64,000 nucleotides of DNA from Clostridia bacterium (GTDB lineage Bacteria > Bacillota > Clostridia > Saccharofermentanales > DTU023): NCBI GenBank assembly GCA_040767365.1, contig JAXGOR010000003.1, forward strand, positions 135,826 through 199,825, read 5' to 3'. The notes under the pieces are model-generated. The model had not been told where the DNA came from and made no database searches. It worked only from the letters and a program-made list of their open reading frames with translations. Within the stretch, counting starts at the first letter, position 1. The number at the start of each line of letters is the position of its first letter. Positions 49,417 through 58,788 of the stretch are shown one piece after another. The position numbers were made by a program, and so were the translations under genes.

Positions 49417-49521
49417 CCCAAGGACAAACGCGGCTTGGCGATTGCTGGCAAACAGGCCGCGTGATTTGTTAGTATTGTGTGTGCGACAGAGGCCAGTGTT
49501 ACCGGGAAAGAGGTGGTCAGG

Positions 49522-50541
49522 GTGCGTATAAAAGACGGGCGATCGATCATGTTCAGTGATACACCGGTGCCTGACTTGTTCATCCACGACCTCATGCCCA
49601 AACTGAGCGGAAACGCGATCAAATGCTACTTGTTTCTCAACAGCGTCTTCTACAATGGTACCCGCGACGCGACCCGGGCCGACCTGGCCGACAGGCTGGG
49701 GATTTCAGAGGAGGCGGTTGATGAAGCCCTCCTGGAGCTCCAGGGTCAGCGGCTGATCACGGTCGGCCACGACGATATCGCGATCAGTGATCTCAAGATG
49801 CTTGAATTGCAAAAACGCTACCGGCCCATCAGTTCCTCGCAGCCCAGCGAGATTGCGAAACGGGAGAACCTGAGCCAGGACCGGGAGAGGATGGTCAACC
49901 TGATTAAAATGACCTTTTTCCAGGGCATCATGACCTTTGTCTGGTATGACCAGATCGACCGCTGGTTTGAGGCCTATGGCTTCGAACCCGAAGTGGTTTA
50001 TGCCCTCTTCCAGGAGGCCGCCAACAATAACCGGCTGGACGGGCCCGGCTACGCCATGCGGATCGCCGAGGACTGGGCGGCGGCCGGAATCAAAACCTAT
50101 GACCAGCTGTCCGTCTACTACTCGCGTTTTCTGGAAAAAAACAGGCTCAAGGCCTATGTGGGCAAGAAACTGCGCCGGTCCTTGACCGAATACGACCTGA
50201 AGGACATCGACGGCTGGATCGATGAGCTCGGCTATGGCCAGGATGTGATTGATGAAGCGCTCTCCAAAACGCGGGGCGCTTCAAAACCGACCATACGCTT
50301 CGTCAGCGCTGTCCTGAAGGGTTGGTACGAGCAGGGGCTCAAGACCCTGGAAGAGGTTCGTGACTATGAGAAGGACCGGGCCGCCCGGATCGGTCGCCAG
50401 GGGAGGACCAGGGCCGGTTTCCGTGATAACCGCGACAATTTCTCCCTCCTACAGGGAAGCGGGGAGGGGGAGGAGAAGGAGTATGATACCCGCCTGCCCC
50501 GCCTTGACGGGGCGGATGCCGGGGAAGAACCCGATTCATGA
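49522..50541 (+). CDS. DnaD/DnaB-domain replication protein
   Basis: DLMPKLSGNAIKCYL N-domain and two DnaB_2 repeats (YAMRIAEDW..GIKT; FVSAVLKGW..GLKTLEEV); start uncertain (49522 or 49549). Confidence 0.85.
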   Translation: MRIKDGRSIMFSDTPVPDLFIHDLMPKLSGNAIKCYLFLNSVFYNGTRDATRADLADRLGISEEAVDEALLELQGQRLITVGHDDIAISDLKMLELQKRYRPISSSQPSEIAKRENLSQDRERMVNLIKMTFFQGIMTFVWYDQIDRWFEAYGFEPEVVYALFQEAANNNRLDGPGYAMRIAEDWAAAGIKTYDQLSVYYSRFLEKNRLKAYVGKKLRRSLTEYDLKDIDGWIDELGYGQDVIDEALSKTRGASKPTIRFVSAVLKGWYEQGLKTLEEVRDYEKDRAARIGRQGRTRAGFRDNRDNFSLLQGSGEGEEKEYDTRLPRLDGADAGEEPDS

Positions 50542-51545
50542 GGAGCCTGACCCAGAAAATCAACGATCATGTCGTCCGGATCTATGAGCGGCGCAGGCAC
50601 AGGGCCTACGCCCTGCGTGACCAGGCGGTCAGGTCCCTCTACCGGCAGTATCCTGAGCTGGAGGCCCTTGACAAGGCCCTGGTGACCGCCGGTTTTGCCA
50701 GGCTCCAGGCCCGGCTGGAGCCAGGAGGCTCCCCCTCGGACCCTGGAGCCTTCAGCGACATCGAAAGGAAACGGACCGAATTCCTGAGAGAACGGGGCAT
50801 CGAGGAGGGATACGACCTACCCCTTTATGCCTGTCGCGCCTGTCAGGATACCGGCCGGATCGCGGGTGAGTGGTGTCTTTGCCGGAGGCAGATTATCCAG
50901 AGGATCCTGCCGTCCTACCTGCCTGACAGGATGTCGGATCAGGCCATCTTCGCCAATTTCAATCTCAATCTCTTCGACAATACGCCCTCCGGCGCGAAGG
51001 ACGGCCGGACGGCCCGAGAGACCATGGCCCAAAATCTCCATATGGCCCAGCTCTACACCAGCCATTTTGACCGGGTGCGGGACCGGAACCTCTTTTTTTC
51101 GGGGCCGCCCGGGACGGGCAAAACCTTCCTTATGCAGTGCCTGGGCCACAAGCTCATGGATGAGGACCGGCCGGTCATCTATATCACGGCCCCCAACCTC
51201 TTCGACCTGATAACCCGCTATAAGCGACAGCAGGCCTCCTTCCGCCCTGATCCCGACCTACTCGAGGAAGCCGAGATGCTCTACAAGGCGCTCCATAGCT
51301 GGGACCTCCTTTTGCTGGATGACCTGGGCACCGAGCCGGCGACTCAGGACACCTACGCGCAATTCATCATGCTCCTGGATTCGAGGCAGAACCGGGGTCT
51401 TGCGACCGTGATCGCCTCCAACCTGTCCACGGCCGATTTTTCCAAACAGTACGACCGCCGCGTCGCCAGCCGCTTGAGGGGAAATTTCCTGATCTACGAG
51501 TTTCCCGGCCAGGACCTCCGCCTCCGTGAAAAGCACGGCCTTTGA
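50538..51545 (+). CDS. DnaC/DnaI-like AAA+ helicase loader
   Basis: CRACQDTG..CLC zinc motif, FSGPPGTGKT, LLLDDLGTE, IASNL, RVASRL; coupled to the DnaD-like gene. Confidence 0.88.
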   Translation: MRSLTQKINDHVVRIYERRRHRAYALRDQAVRSLYRQYPELEALDKALVTAGFARLQARLEPGGSPSDPGAFSDIERKRTEFLRERGIEEGYDLPLYACRACQDTGRIAGEWCLCRRQIIQRILPSYLPDRMSDQAIFANFNLNLFDNTPSGAKDGRTARETMAQNLHMAQLYTSHFDRVRDRNLFFSGPPGTGKTFLMQCLGHKLMDEDRPVIYITAPNLFDLITRYKRQQASFRPDPDLLEEAEMLYKALHSWDLLLLDDLGTEPATQDTYAQFIMLLDSRQNRGLATVIASNLSTADFSKQYDRRVASRLRGNFLIYEFPGQDLRLREKHGL

Positions 51546-51560
51546 TGGCAGGGGAGCGGT

Positions 51561-51956
51561 ATGCGGGTAGGGGTCGACATCGTCTCGGTCAAGCGGATCA
51601 CAGAGGTCCTGGAAGCCCAGGGCGAACGTTTCCTGGACCGGATCTTTACCCCGGGGGAGCGGACAATCTGTGGATCCGATAGCCGGCGTCTGGCCGGCCG
51701 TTTCGCGGCCAAGGAAGCCGTAGCCAAGGCATTGGGAACCGGCATCGGCCGGGAGGGCATCGCCTTTTCCGATATCGAGATCGGCCGGGATGAGCTGGGA
51801 GCGCCCCTGGTTGAGCTGCATGGGGCAGCCAGCAGGCGTTTTGACCACTTGGGCGGCCAGGGGATCACCCTCAGCCTCTCCCACGAACACGACTACGCCC
51901 TGGCCTTTTGTGTCCTCCTGACCGGAGGGACGGGGGAGGAAGCGGTTCATGGTTGA
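51561..51956 (+). CDS. acpS: Holo-ACP synthase
   Basis: GVDIV, AGRFAAKEAVAKALGTG, GAP, LSLSHE. Confidence 0.95.
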   Translation: MRVGVDIVSVKRITEVLEAQGERFLDRIFTPGERTICGSDSRRLAGRFAAKEAVAKALGTGIGREGIAFSDIEIGRDELGAPLVELHGAASRRFDHLGGQGITLSLSHEHDYALAFCVLLTGGTGEEAVHG

Positions 51957-53115
51957 TGGGAAGGGCCGGCAGGACGGGGCGTCAGGTCAGGCAGGGCCCG
52001 ACAAGATAGAGATCAGGCGCGGGATCGTCCCGGATGAGACCCCCGGGGCGGCGCCCGATACCGTCTCCGATCAAAGGGGCCGGCCAGTCTACCTGACCAA
52101 GGTCAAGCGCCGGATCCCCCCTTGGCTGATTGCCGTTACCGTATTCGCGACCCTCCTGGCCGGCCTCTTTCTGGTCGTCCCGCTCCTTGTGGAGGGAGGG
52201 CCTGACTTTGATCCCGGCCCCTCCCTGGAGGACACCCCGCCCCAGGAACCGGGGGATCTGGCCCTTCGCCAGGATCTGGCCGTGGTGAAGCTTTCATCGG
52301 CCCCCCTGCTTGCGGAACCAGACCGGAGAAGTGAGCGGATCGCCGAGGCCCTCTTCAACGAGGGGGTCACCCTCCTTGACAGCAGCGATCAGGTCTATCT
52401 TAAGGTCCGCTTGGAGGAAGGCCTCGAAGGCTACATGCGGCGTGATCATCTGTCAGCCGACAAGAGCTCCCTCCTGCCGGAAAACAAGATCGCCAAAATC
52501 CTTGTCCGGATTCCCGCCAAGCGCGTTATGAGCCACGCCAGGCTTGGTTCCTTGCTGGTTGAAGCCCCCATGGGGGCGATCTTCTATGCCGATTACCAAA
52601 ATGGTGACCTGCTCCGCGTCTGCCTGCCCGATGGGGAGACGGGTTGGATCAATAGCTCGGGAGTCCTGCTGCTCCCGCCCCTGTCACCCATCCCCGTGGA
52701 AGACAAGGCCCGCCAGCTCCTGGTCGCCACCCTCCTGGCCTTCCAGGACAGCCCCCTGGTCCCGGGCGGGGCCACCACACGGGGGATCAGCCCGGAAGGC
52801 GCCCTCTACGTCTCCGGCCTATTGAACGGATACAGGCTTTCACGGGATCCCTATGCCCTCCTCAAATCAGGAGAGGCGGTCGAAGTCCCGGATCTGGCGG
52901 CCTTGTCGGACCTGGAGGAAGCTGACGTCCTTTTCTTCCATGCCCCCTCCGATCCCGGGCGGATCCAGTCGATCGCCATCCTGGTCTCCGATGGCCAGCT
53001 CCTGATCGGTTCGCCCAACAAGCCGACCCTCCGCCTGATTGATCTAGCCTCTCCGGAAACGGCCGGGCTGGCGGAAAGGATCATGGCTGTCCGCCGCTTG
53101 ATCTCCCGGTCCTGA
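51949..53115 (+). CDS. Membrane-anchored 2xSH3b + NlpC/P60-like protein lacking the catalytic Cys/His
   Basis: TM helix, two SH3b repeats; PLVPGGATTRGISPEG aligns to PYxWGGxSxxGxDCSG, and QSIAILVSDGQLLIGS aligns to HVGIYxGxGxxIHAS. Confidence 0.75.
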   Translation: MVDGKGRQDGASGQAGPDKIEIRRGIVPDETPGAAPDTVSDQRGRPVYLTKVKRRIPPWLIAVTVFATLLAGLFLVVPLLVEGGPDFDPGPSLEDTPPQEPGDLALRQDLAVVKLSSAPLLAEPDRRSERIAEALFNEGVTLLDSSDQVYLKVRLEEGLEGYMRRDHLSADKSSLLPENKIAKILVRIPAKRVMSHARLGSLLVEAPMGAIFYADYQNGDLLRVCLPDGETGWINSSGVLLLPPLSPIPVEDKARQLLVATLLAFQDSPLVPGGATTRGISPEGALYVSGLLNGYRLSRDPYALLKSGEAVEVPDLAALSDLEEADVLFFHAPSDPGRIQSIAILVSDGQLLIGSPNKPTLRLIDLASPETAGLAERIMAVRRLISRS

Positions 53116-53177
53116 CTGTCCGGCTGGACGGATTTTCTCTGCTATAATGGGCGGCAGTATTTTCAGGTGGTATATCT

Positions 53178-53786
53178 ATGGAAAAGTCATCTTGTCAAGT
53201 GCTCTATATCGATTCCTGCATCCGGGGACCCGAATCGCGGACCCGCCGTTTGGCGGAATCCTTCCTGGAGGTCCTGGAGGAGCGCGGCGGTTTTGCGGTG
53301 GACCGGCTGACCTTGATGGAGGAGCCCCTGGTCCCCCTGACAGGTGATTTCTTCAAACAGCGTGAGCGGCTGCTGGAGGCGGGGGAGCTGGACCATCCGC
53401 GTTTCCGCTACGCGCATCAGTTCGCCGGAGCCGGACGGGTCATAGTTGCCGCCCCCTTCTGGGATTTGAGCGTACCGGCCCTCTTGAAAATCTATATTGA
53501 AAATATCAGCGTCCAGGGAATTACCTTCGACATGGACACGGTCAAAGGCCTTCTCTATGGGATCTGCCGGGCGGAAAAACTCTGTTTTCTGACCACCCGG
53601 GGTGGGGCCTATGAAGATTCCCCCCTTGAGACAGGCATCCCCTTCATGAGGAATCTGACCGCCTTCTTCGGTATCGAGGGCTTCGATTCGGTCGCCGTTG
53701 ATGCGCTCGATCTCCTGTTTGAGCCACCTGAGTCCCTTTTGGCCCGGGGTATGGAGGAGGCAAGGCAGTTGGCGCGGACCTGGTGA
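53178..53786 (+). CDS. FMN-dependent NADH-azoreductase (flavodoxin_2 family)
   Basis: LYIDSCIR..SRTRRLA, AAPFWDLSVPALLKIYIE, TTRGG. Confidence 0.88.
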   Translation: MEKSSCQVLYIDSCIRGPESRTRRLAESFLEVLEERGGFAVDRLTLMEEPLVPLTGDFFKQRERLLEAGELDHPRFRYAHQFAGAGRVIVAAPFWDLSVPALLKIYIENISVQGITFDMDTVKGLLYGICRAEKLCFLTTRGGAYEDSPLETGIPFMRNLTAFFGIEGFDSVAVDALDLLFEPPESLLARGMEEARQLARTW

Positions 53787-53800
53787 CCGGGAATGCTGTC

Positions 53801-55114
53801 TTAATCCCTAAACAAGCTTCTGAATTTATTTCGCGGTTTACCCAAGACTTCGTTTATATCAAGTGTCTTGAATAAGAAAGGCGACTTTACATATTTGACC
53901 GGCACAGGTGGGGAATACATGGTGGATTCATCCGACATTTTAGGCAGTGGGTATGCATCAAGTGTGCGGGTATAGTCTTTTTTATCAGCCTCCAAAAATA
54001 GGGCCGCTGCCTTTCCTGTTTGGGCATTTACCGCCATTCTGGTCTGTAAATCCGACTCCTTCGCCCAGCTTGGTTTATCAAGATACCAGAGGGGCAGATT
54101 GATAGAGGCATATTTGTGACGCCTGAAATCTGTCACCCAACCCAGCATCTTAACCTGATTAAGACCAAATGCGGATTTGATCATATCAGGCATATCCCGG
54201 TACAGGATTCGATAGGGTGCTGTCACCCGTTCATCATTATTCATTGGGGCAAAAATACGCACATCATCCTCTAAAAATGCCGGAGTAAAGGGCGCTGACT
54301 CCCCGTAATCCCAAGGGTTCAATTCGTTGAGCAGATAGATATCAAAAAGTGAGCACTGAGGCCTTGCCCAATTGATTCTGTCGTGATAAAAAGTGAACTT
54401 TCCCCGCTCGGTGGCCACAGTTGCTTTTACACTGATATCCTCAACCCAATAGGGCAAGCAAATTGCTTGTAGCTCTGATCTTATCCTCTTTTCGATTTCC
54501 TGCCCTTCAAAGTCGCTCCTGTTCTGGGCGACCAGGCGAAGCATTTGCTCTATGGCTTGCGTTTTAGTAACCCTGAACGGCAGCACTCGGTCATACATAT
54601 TGGGGTCATAACCAAATACTAAGTTTTCGCCATATTCGCCACTTTCAAAGAGCTCCGAGGGCATGAGTTTATTGCCACAATAGGTGCACTTGAAAATACT
54701 CTGTGTTGAAAATCCCATAATTTTGGCGCCACAATAGGGACAGTTAAAGGATCTTTCCTCTCTTTTGTCCCACTTTTCAAAGCTTCCCTTATCAAGCCCA
54801 TAAAGCAGATCGTCCAGGTTGCTGGTTCTCTGCAATATCTCGTCAGGGGAGCGCAGGTCTTTTACGGCGCTTTCGCCCATACCCACATGAGTGAGTTTTA
54901 TAAGTCCGTCGATAACCGGAATCGGACGGTGCCTGAAAATCATATCCAGCGTATACCTGAAGTCAGCAGATGCCCAAGGAGCAAAAGCTCCGCAGTAAGG
55001 GCAAATGAATCCCTCGGATTTCTGATCGAAGTAGGAGGGAGCGCCGCAACCTTCACATTTTATAGCCGTTGTATCTTGATCACGCATACTAATCTGTTCC
55101 TGATCGAAAACCAC
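53801..55114 (-). CDS. Hypothetical protein with two double zinc-ribbon modules (low GC)
   Basis: CEGCG..CPYCG and CPYCG..CTYCG; LPLWYL and AVNAQTGKAA C-terminal motifs; AT-rich codon usage. Confidence 0.75.
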   Translation of the reverse strand: MVFDQEQISMRDQDTTAIKCEGCGAPSYFDQKSEGFICPYCGAFAPWASADFRYTLDMIFRHRPIPVIDGLIKLTHVGMGESAVKDLRSPDEILQRTSNLDDLLYGLDKGSFEKWDKREERSFNCPYCGAKIMGFSTQSIFKCTYCGNKLMPSELFESGEYGENLVFGYDPNMYDRVLPFRVTKTQAIEQMLRLVAQNRSDFEGQEIEKRIRSELQAICLPYWVEDISVKATVATERGKFTFYHDRINWARPQCSLFDIYLLNELNPWDYGESAPFTPAFLEDDVRIFAPMNNDERVTAPYRILYRDMPDMIKSAFGLNQVKMLGWVTDFRRHKYASINLPLWYLDKPSWAKESDLQTRMAVNAQTGKAAALFLEADKKDYTRTLDAYPLPKMSDESTMYSPPVPVKYVKSPFLFKTLDINEVLGKPRNKFRSLFRD

Positions 55115-55584
55115 TTAATCCCCGGGACGAATTGTCACGCTTCTGTGGATTCGTCCCAATCGACAACATAAGCTAAGCTATTTGCCACAAATCTGATCGG
55201 TAGCCTGCTTCTGGTTCTTCCTCCAATGATAACCGGCGCAATATCCGAAGTATATGCTCCACACCGCCAAGCATTGCAGTTTTATTTCCGAAATTTGCGG
55301 GACAATCGCCTTGCCAGCTTACCTTGTCATTGATCTACTACTTGCAAGGTGACAGACTATATTCCAACTTGAGGGTGATGGATGAGTTTCCACAAGGTAC
55401 AGGCTTTGGGGGCTCAACCCCCCCTATGATACTATGAGTAGGACTATAAAGGATCAGGTTCAAAGCACTAAAAAGAAGCAGTTTTAACAGGTACATCGAG
55501 TAGATTTTCATTCAGTTTGAAAAATAATATAAACAAGTAAGGAAAGAATGATTGTAAATCAGGCTTACTAAAGGAGAAAGTATT

Positions 55585-56106
55585 TTGAAAAAAACAGTCT
55601 TTATCTTGTGTCTTGTCTTAGTCTTTACCCTAACCGCATGTAGTAGCGAAGCTAAGCCAAAAGAACCTGGTACCAATACAACCACCAGCCCCTTGATTGC
55701 TGAATCTGAAGCTCAAGCTGCAAAAACCTCCAGCCCTCCAGCAAGTAGCCCAGAGAATTCTGACAATGCATATCAACCGGAAAGAGCTTTACCAGAAGGT
55801 TTACCGGTTTATCCAGGTGCGGTTCTTGCCTTTGACACACAAGTATGGTCGGGGTCGGATGAAGAGACAGCTTGGATGTGGATGTATGCTGAAGCTGGGA
55901 GTCCGAAGGAGATTCTTGAATTTTTCAAAACTGAACTTGAAAAGTTGGGATTTGAAATTGAGGGGGCGTTTGCAGACGACTACGAGGTTTTTCTTCATGA
56001 CAAAACGGAGACAGTGAGTCTTGGATATTCGGCCGACGAAAGTGATGACCTGAGCCAGATTGGCTATATGATTACAGTCAACCTTGACAAGTGGGACAAT
56101 AGGTAA
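55585..56106 (+). CDS. Hypothetical lipoprotein (low GC)
   Basis: TTG start with AAGGAG RBS; MKK + hydrophobic stretch + LTAC lipobox; Ser/Pro/Thr linker; PEGLPVYPGA motif. Confidence 0.8.
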   Translation: MKKTVFILCLVLVFTLTACSSEAKPKEPGTNTTTSPLIAESEAQAAKTSSPPASSPENSDNAYQPERALPEGLPVYPGAVLAFDTQVWSGSDEETAWMWMYAEAGSPKEILEFFKTELEKLGFEIEGAFADDYEVFLHDKTETVSLGYSADESDDLSQIGYMITVNLDKWDNR

Positions 56107-56339
56107 TTCACAAAGATAAACAAAGAAAGGAAAGTCTCTCTATTCTTTGTTGACACTATATATTCCAAATTAGGGGGTGGTCACTGGACTCTCGCGTCAT
56201 GTAATGCCTGGCAAAAAGAAGTTGGCAGATATTGTGGCTAATTCTCCCGAATCGAAAATATCAAGCAGAAAAGGGGAATTATTGCACAAATTCCCGCGTA
56301 TAAGCCATATGTAGGCCTTTCAGCTATCCCCCTTGGATG

Positions 56340-56352
56340 GTATATTTGCCAG
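56340..56352. repeat. 13-bp target-site duplication, left of IS copy 2
   Basis: GTATATTTGCCAG, identical to 58075-58087. Confidence 0.95.
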
Positions 56353-58074
56353 CGATAAATGACAAGCTAACCTGGACAGTAGAGTAGAGATCCAAGAAAT
56401 CTTGAAACAAAATGTAGCAAGGGGTTTGGCAGTCATTAGAAAAACCCCGTAAAGCGAAGATAAATGGTAGAATAAGGAGCACGGCAGGAAAGAAGAGCGC
56501 GCTTAACAGAACCATCGAGCTATTTGTCGTTTACGACACTTTAAGCTGGATGGCCTGGAACGTTAGAGAAGAACACGATTCAGGGCGAGCCTTTTAGATC
56601 AGCAACTTATTTATCTAAGATGCCGGGCCGTAAAACTACTTGGGAAGGATCGATACAAGGAACGCCTAAGCGTTCCAGGATGTCCCTCCCGAAAGTAGCG
56701 CTGAATGACTGGGTGGGTGACCGGTCATTCAGCTTTTTTCTGGGGAAACCATTGATATGGCCCATGACCTGGTTCAGGTCTTCCTGGGTCAGATCATTGA
56801 AAGACGTCCCCTTGGGTAAAATGCGCCTTAAGTGCTTGTGGGCCCCTTCCACTCCAGGCTTCTGGTTTGGCATCCCCGGGTCACAATAGTAGATCCGGGT
56901 CCGCCTTTGGCCTTCTTGGCCAAACTCAATGGCAACAGGATTGGAGAACTCCGATCCGTTGTCGGTGAGGAGGACCGGGAAGAGTCGACAAAAGCTGTCC
57001 CGGCCCAGGACATCGTAGAGGCGATTAAAGCAATCGATGACGGACTGGGCCGTATTACGTTCTCTCAAGTATAAGAGGAGCAAGGAGGACTCTTGGAAAT
57101 AGAGGGACAAGATGACCTTGCCCCCGACCGTCCCGATGACCGTGTCCATCTCGACGACGGGCCAGGGGTCCTCCCCCATGAAGGCCAGGTAGTCCTGGTA
57201 GGTCCTCCCCTGACGGCAGCGCGTGTCAATCTTGTGCTCCCGCCTCTTTCTTCTGGGCCGGTAACGGATCTTGTAGGGCAGGTCAAAGCCTGAGACTTCA
57301 GCCAGGGCTCGGTCCTGGATGAGCCGGTAGATGGTCCGGTGAGAGCAAGGCAGTTCGTTCTTGTGGTTGGCCCAGATGATGTAAGGCGATAGCCCCCGCT
57401 TGAGATCTGCCTTCACGATCTTGCGGATGGAGTCGACCTCTTCAGGCGAATAAGACCTCCCTTGACGGGATTCGGACAGGAGCTCCAGGTATTGATGGTG
57501 AGCAACGGTGGGCATGTACTCGTAGCGGGTCAGGCCACAACGGTGCTTTTGTTTACAGCCATGGCAGACATAGGGTGCCTTTTGCAGGCGTGGGCAGTAT
57601 TCTTCTTCGAAGTCAGGGCAAAGAGGAGAGCAGCCTTCCTTGCAGGAGGCACAGGTTTTCTTCTTGCAGTAGAGCCTGCCACATAAAAGTTGGGCAGGAC
57701 AGTGGAATCGGTGCTTACAAGGGTTGTAGCGGGTATTGAAGGCATTCTTCTCGATACGGCTCCGATGCTTTTTTATCTCCTGGGAGATGGTGGTGGGGGA
57801 TTTACCCAAGTCTTTTGCGATCTTACGAAAAGAGTCGGCAGCTTCCAGTTTCATTTTGATTAAGACCCTGTCCTCCAGGGTCAGGTGTTGGTAGTGGCTC
57901 ATGGCAACCTCCTTAGGGAAGGCCCGCCTTGAGCTTGGTTCTTCTCTTGGGACAGTATAAAGTTTTGGTTGATGAAAGAGGTTACTCTTGCCAGATTAAG
58001 TGGGACATTCTATTTGCCAGATTAAGCTGGACATTTTTTTTGACTCACTGTCCAGCTTACATTGTCATTTATCT
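56353..58074 (-). mobile_element. IS30-family insertion sequence, copy 2 (1722 bp)
   Basis: Same terminal IRs as copy 1 in opposite orientation; its own 13-bp TSD; intact transposase. Confidence 0.96.
56607..57902 (-). CDS. IS30-family transposase (431 aa) with Cys-rich insertion
   Basis: HTH HLTLEDR..KSPTTISQEI, Cys-rich block ending PYVCHGC, DDE motifs EMDTV / TDNGSEF / QKPGVE, NGFPRKKL. Confidence 0.95.
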   Translation of the reverse strand: MSHYQHLTLEDRVLIKMKLEAADSFRKIAKDLGKSPTTISQEIKKHRSRIEKNAFNTRYNPCKHRFHCPAQLLCGRLYCKKKTCASCKEGCSPLCPDFEEEYCPRLQKAPYVCHGCKQKHRCGLTRYEYMPTVAHHQYLELLSESRQGRSYSPEEVDSIRKIVKADLKRGLSPYIIWANHKNELPCSHRTIYRLIQDRALAEVSGFDLPYKIRYRPRRKRREHKIDTRCRQGRTYQDYLAFMGEDPWPVVEMDTVIGTVGGKVILSLYFQESSLLLLYLRERNTAQSVIDCFNRLYDVLGRDSFCRLFPVLLTDNGSEFSNPVAIEFGQEGQRRTRIYYCDPGMPNQKPGVEGAHKHLRRILPKGTSFNDLTQEDLNQVMGHINGFPRKKLNDRSPTQSFSATFGRDILERLGVPCIDPSQVVLRPGILDK

Positions 58075-58087
58075 GTATATTTGCCAG
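58075..58087. repeat. 13-bp target-site duplication, right of IS copy 2
   Basis: GTATATTTGCCAG. Confidence 0.95.
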
Positions 58088-58100
58088 GCGACACGCGTGT

Positions 58101-58129
58101 TTGACAGCCGTAACCGGCTGTGCTACTAT
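58101..58129 (+). promoter_or_regulatory. Sigma-A promoter of rpmG-secE-nusG
   Basis: TTGACA-N17-TACTAT, with TGn before the -10. Confidence 0.8.
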
Positions 58130-58208
58130 ACTTCTGCTTGTCAGACGCGGGGGGTCTTTTTTTTTGCTCTGACTAAACGTCTGACTTGATTGATTGGGAG
58201 GTACCCCT

Positions 58209-58373
58209 ATGGCGAAACCTGGTGCGCGTGAACGGATTACCCTGGCTTGCTCCGAATGCAAGCAGCGGAATTATGACACCAAAAAAAATAAGATGAATAC
58301 GCCTGATAAACTGGAACTGAGCAAGTTTTGCAGGTTCTGCAACAAACATACGATCCACCGCGAAACGAAGTAG
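58209..58373 (+). CDS. rpmG: 50S ribosomal protein L33, zinc-binding type (absent from the ORF track)
   Basis: Manual translation: [54 protein letters not shown]; GGGAGG RBS. Confidence 0.97.
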   Translation: MAKPGARERITLACSECKQRNYDTKKNKMNTPDKLELSKFCRFCNKHTIHRETK

Positions 58374-58398
58374 GCGGACAACTCACGGGAGCGATGAC

Positions 58399-58785
58399 AT
58401 GGCGGGAAAAAAGAAAATGAAGACAAGGGATAGCCGCTCCAAGCGACCGGTGAAGAAAGGCAAGGCCACTTCCGGTTCACGCATAAGGAAATGGTTTACC
58501 AACATCATCACCGAATTGAAGCGGGTGATGTGGCCGGACAGGAAAAAGCTGAGACAGAGCACCATGACCGTCCTCCTCATCATCGCGATTTCAGTTGTCA
58601 TCATCCTGGTCTTTGATACCCTGATTATCTTTATCATGCGCACGACCGGGATCTATTCCACCAAGGACCAGCAGGAGGAAATCCCGTCCGAGCCGGCCTT
58701 GACTGAAAGCGGCAATAGCTGGCAGGGTGGATCCGGTCAAGTTCTGCTTGTCAGCCAGGGTGTCCGTGTTTCATTTGAGGGATAG
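58399..58785 (+). CDS. secE: Preprotein translocase subunit SecE
   Basis: IITELKRVMWP motif followed by one TM helix; position between rpmG and nusG. Confidence 0.92.
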   Translation: MAGKKKMKTRDSRSKRPVKKGKATSGSRIRKWFTNIITELKRVMWPDRKKLRQSTMTVLLIIAISVVIILVFDTLIIFIMRTTGIYSTKDQQEEIPSEPALTESGNSWQGGSGQVLLVSQGVRVSFEG

Positions 58786-58788
58786 GGC

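Noticed and set aside
56205-56315. 36-codon ORF (MPGKKKL...) in the islet
   Set aside because: No convincing RBS or motif; within chance expectation.
19252-58074. Composite transposon bounded by the two inverted IS copies
   Set aside because: Each copy has its own matching 13-bp TSD on both sides, so these are independent insertions; the interval is ordinary chromosomal content.
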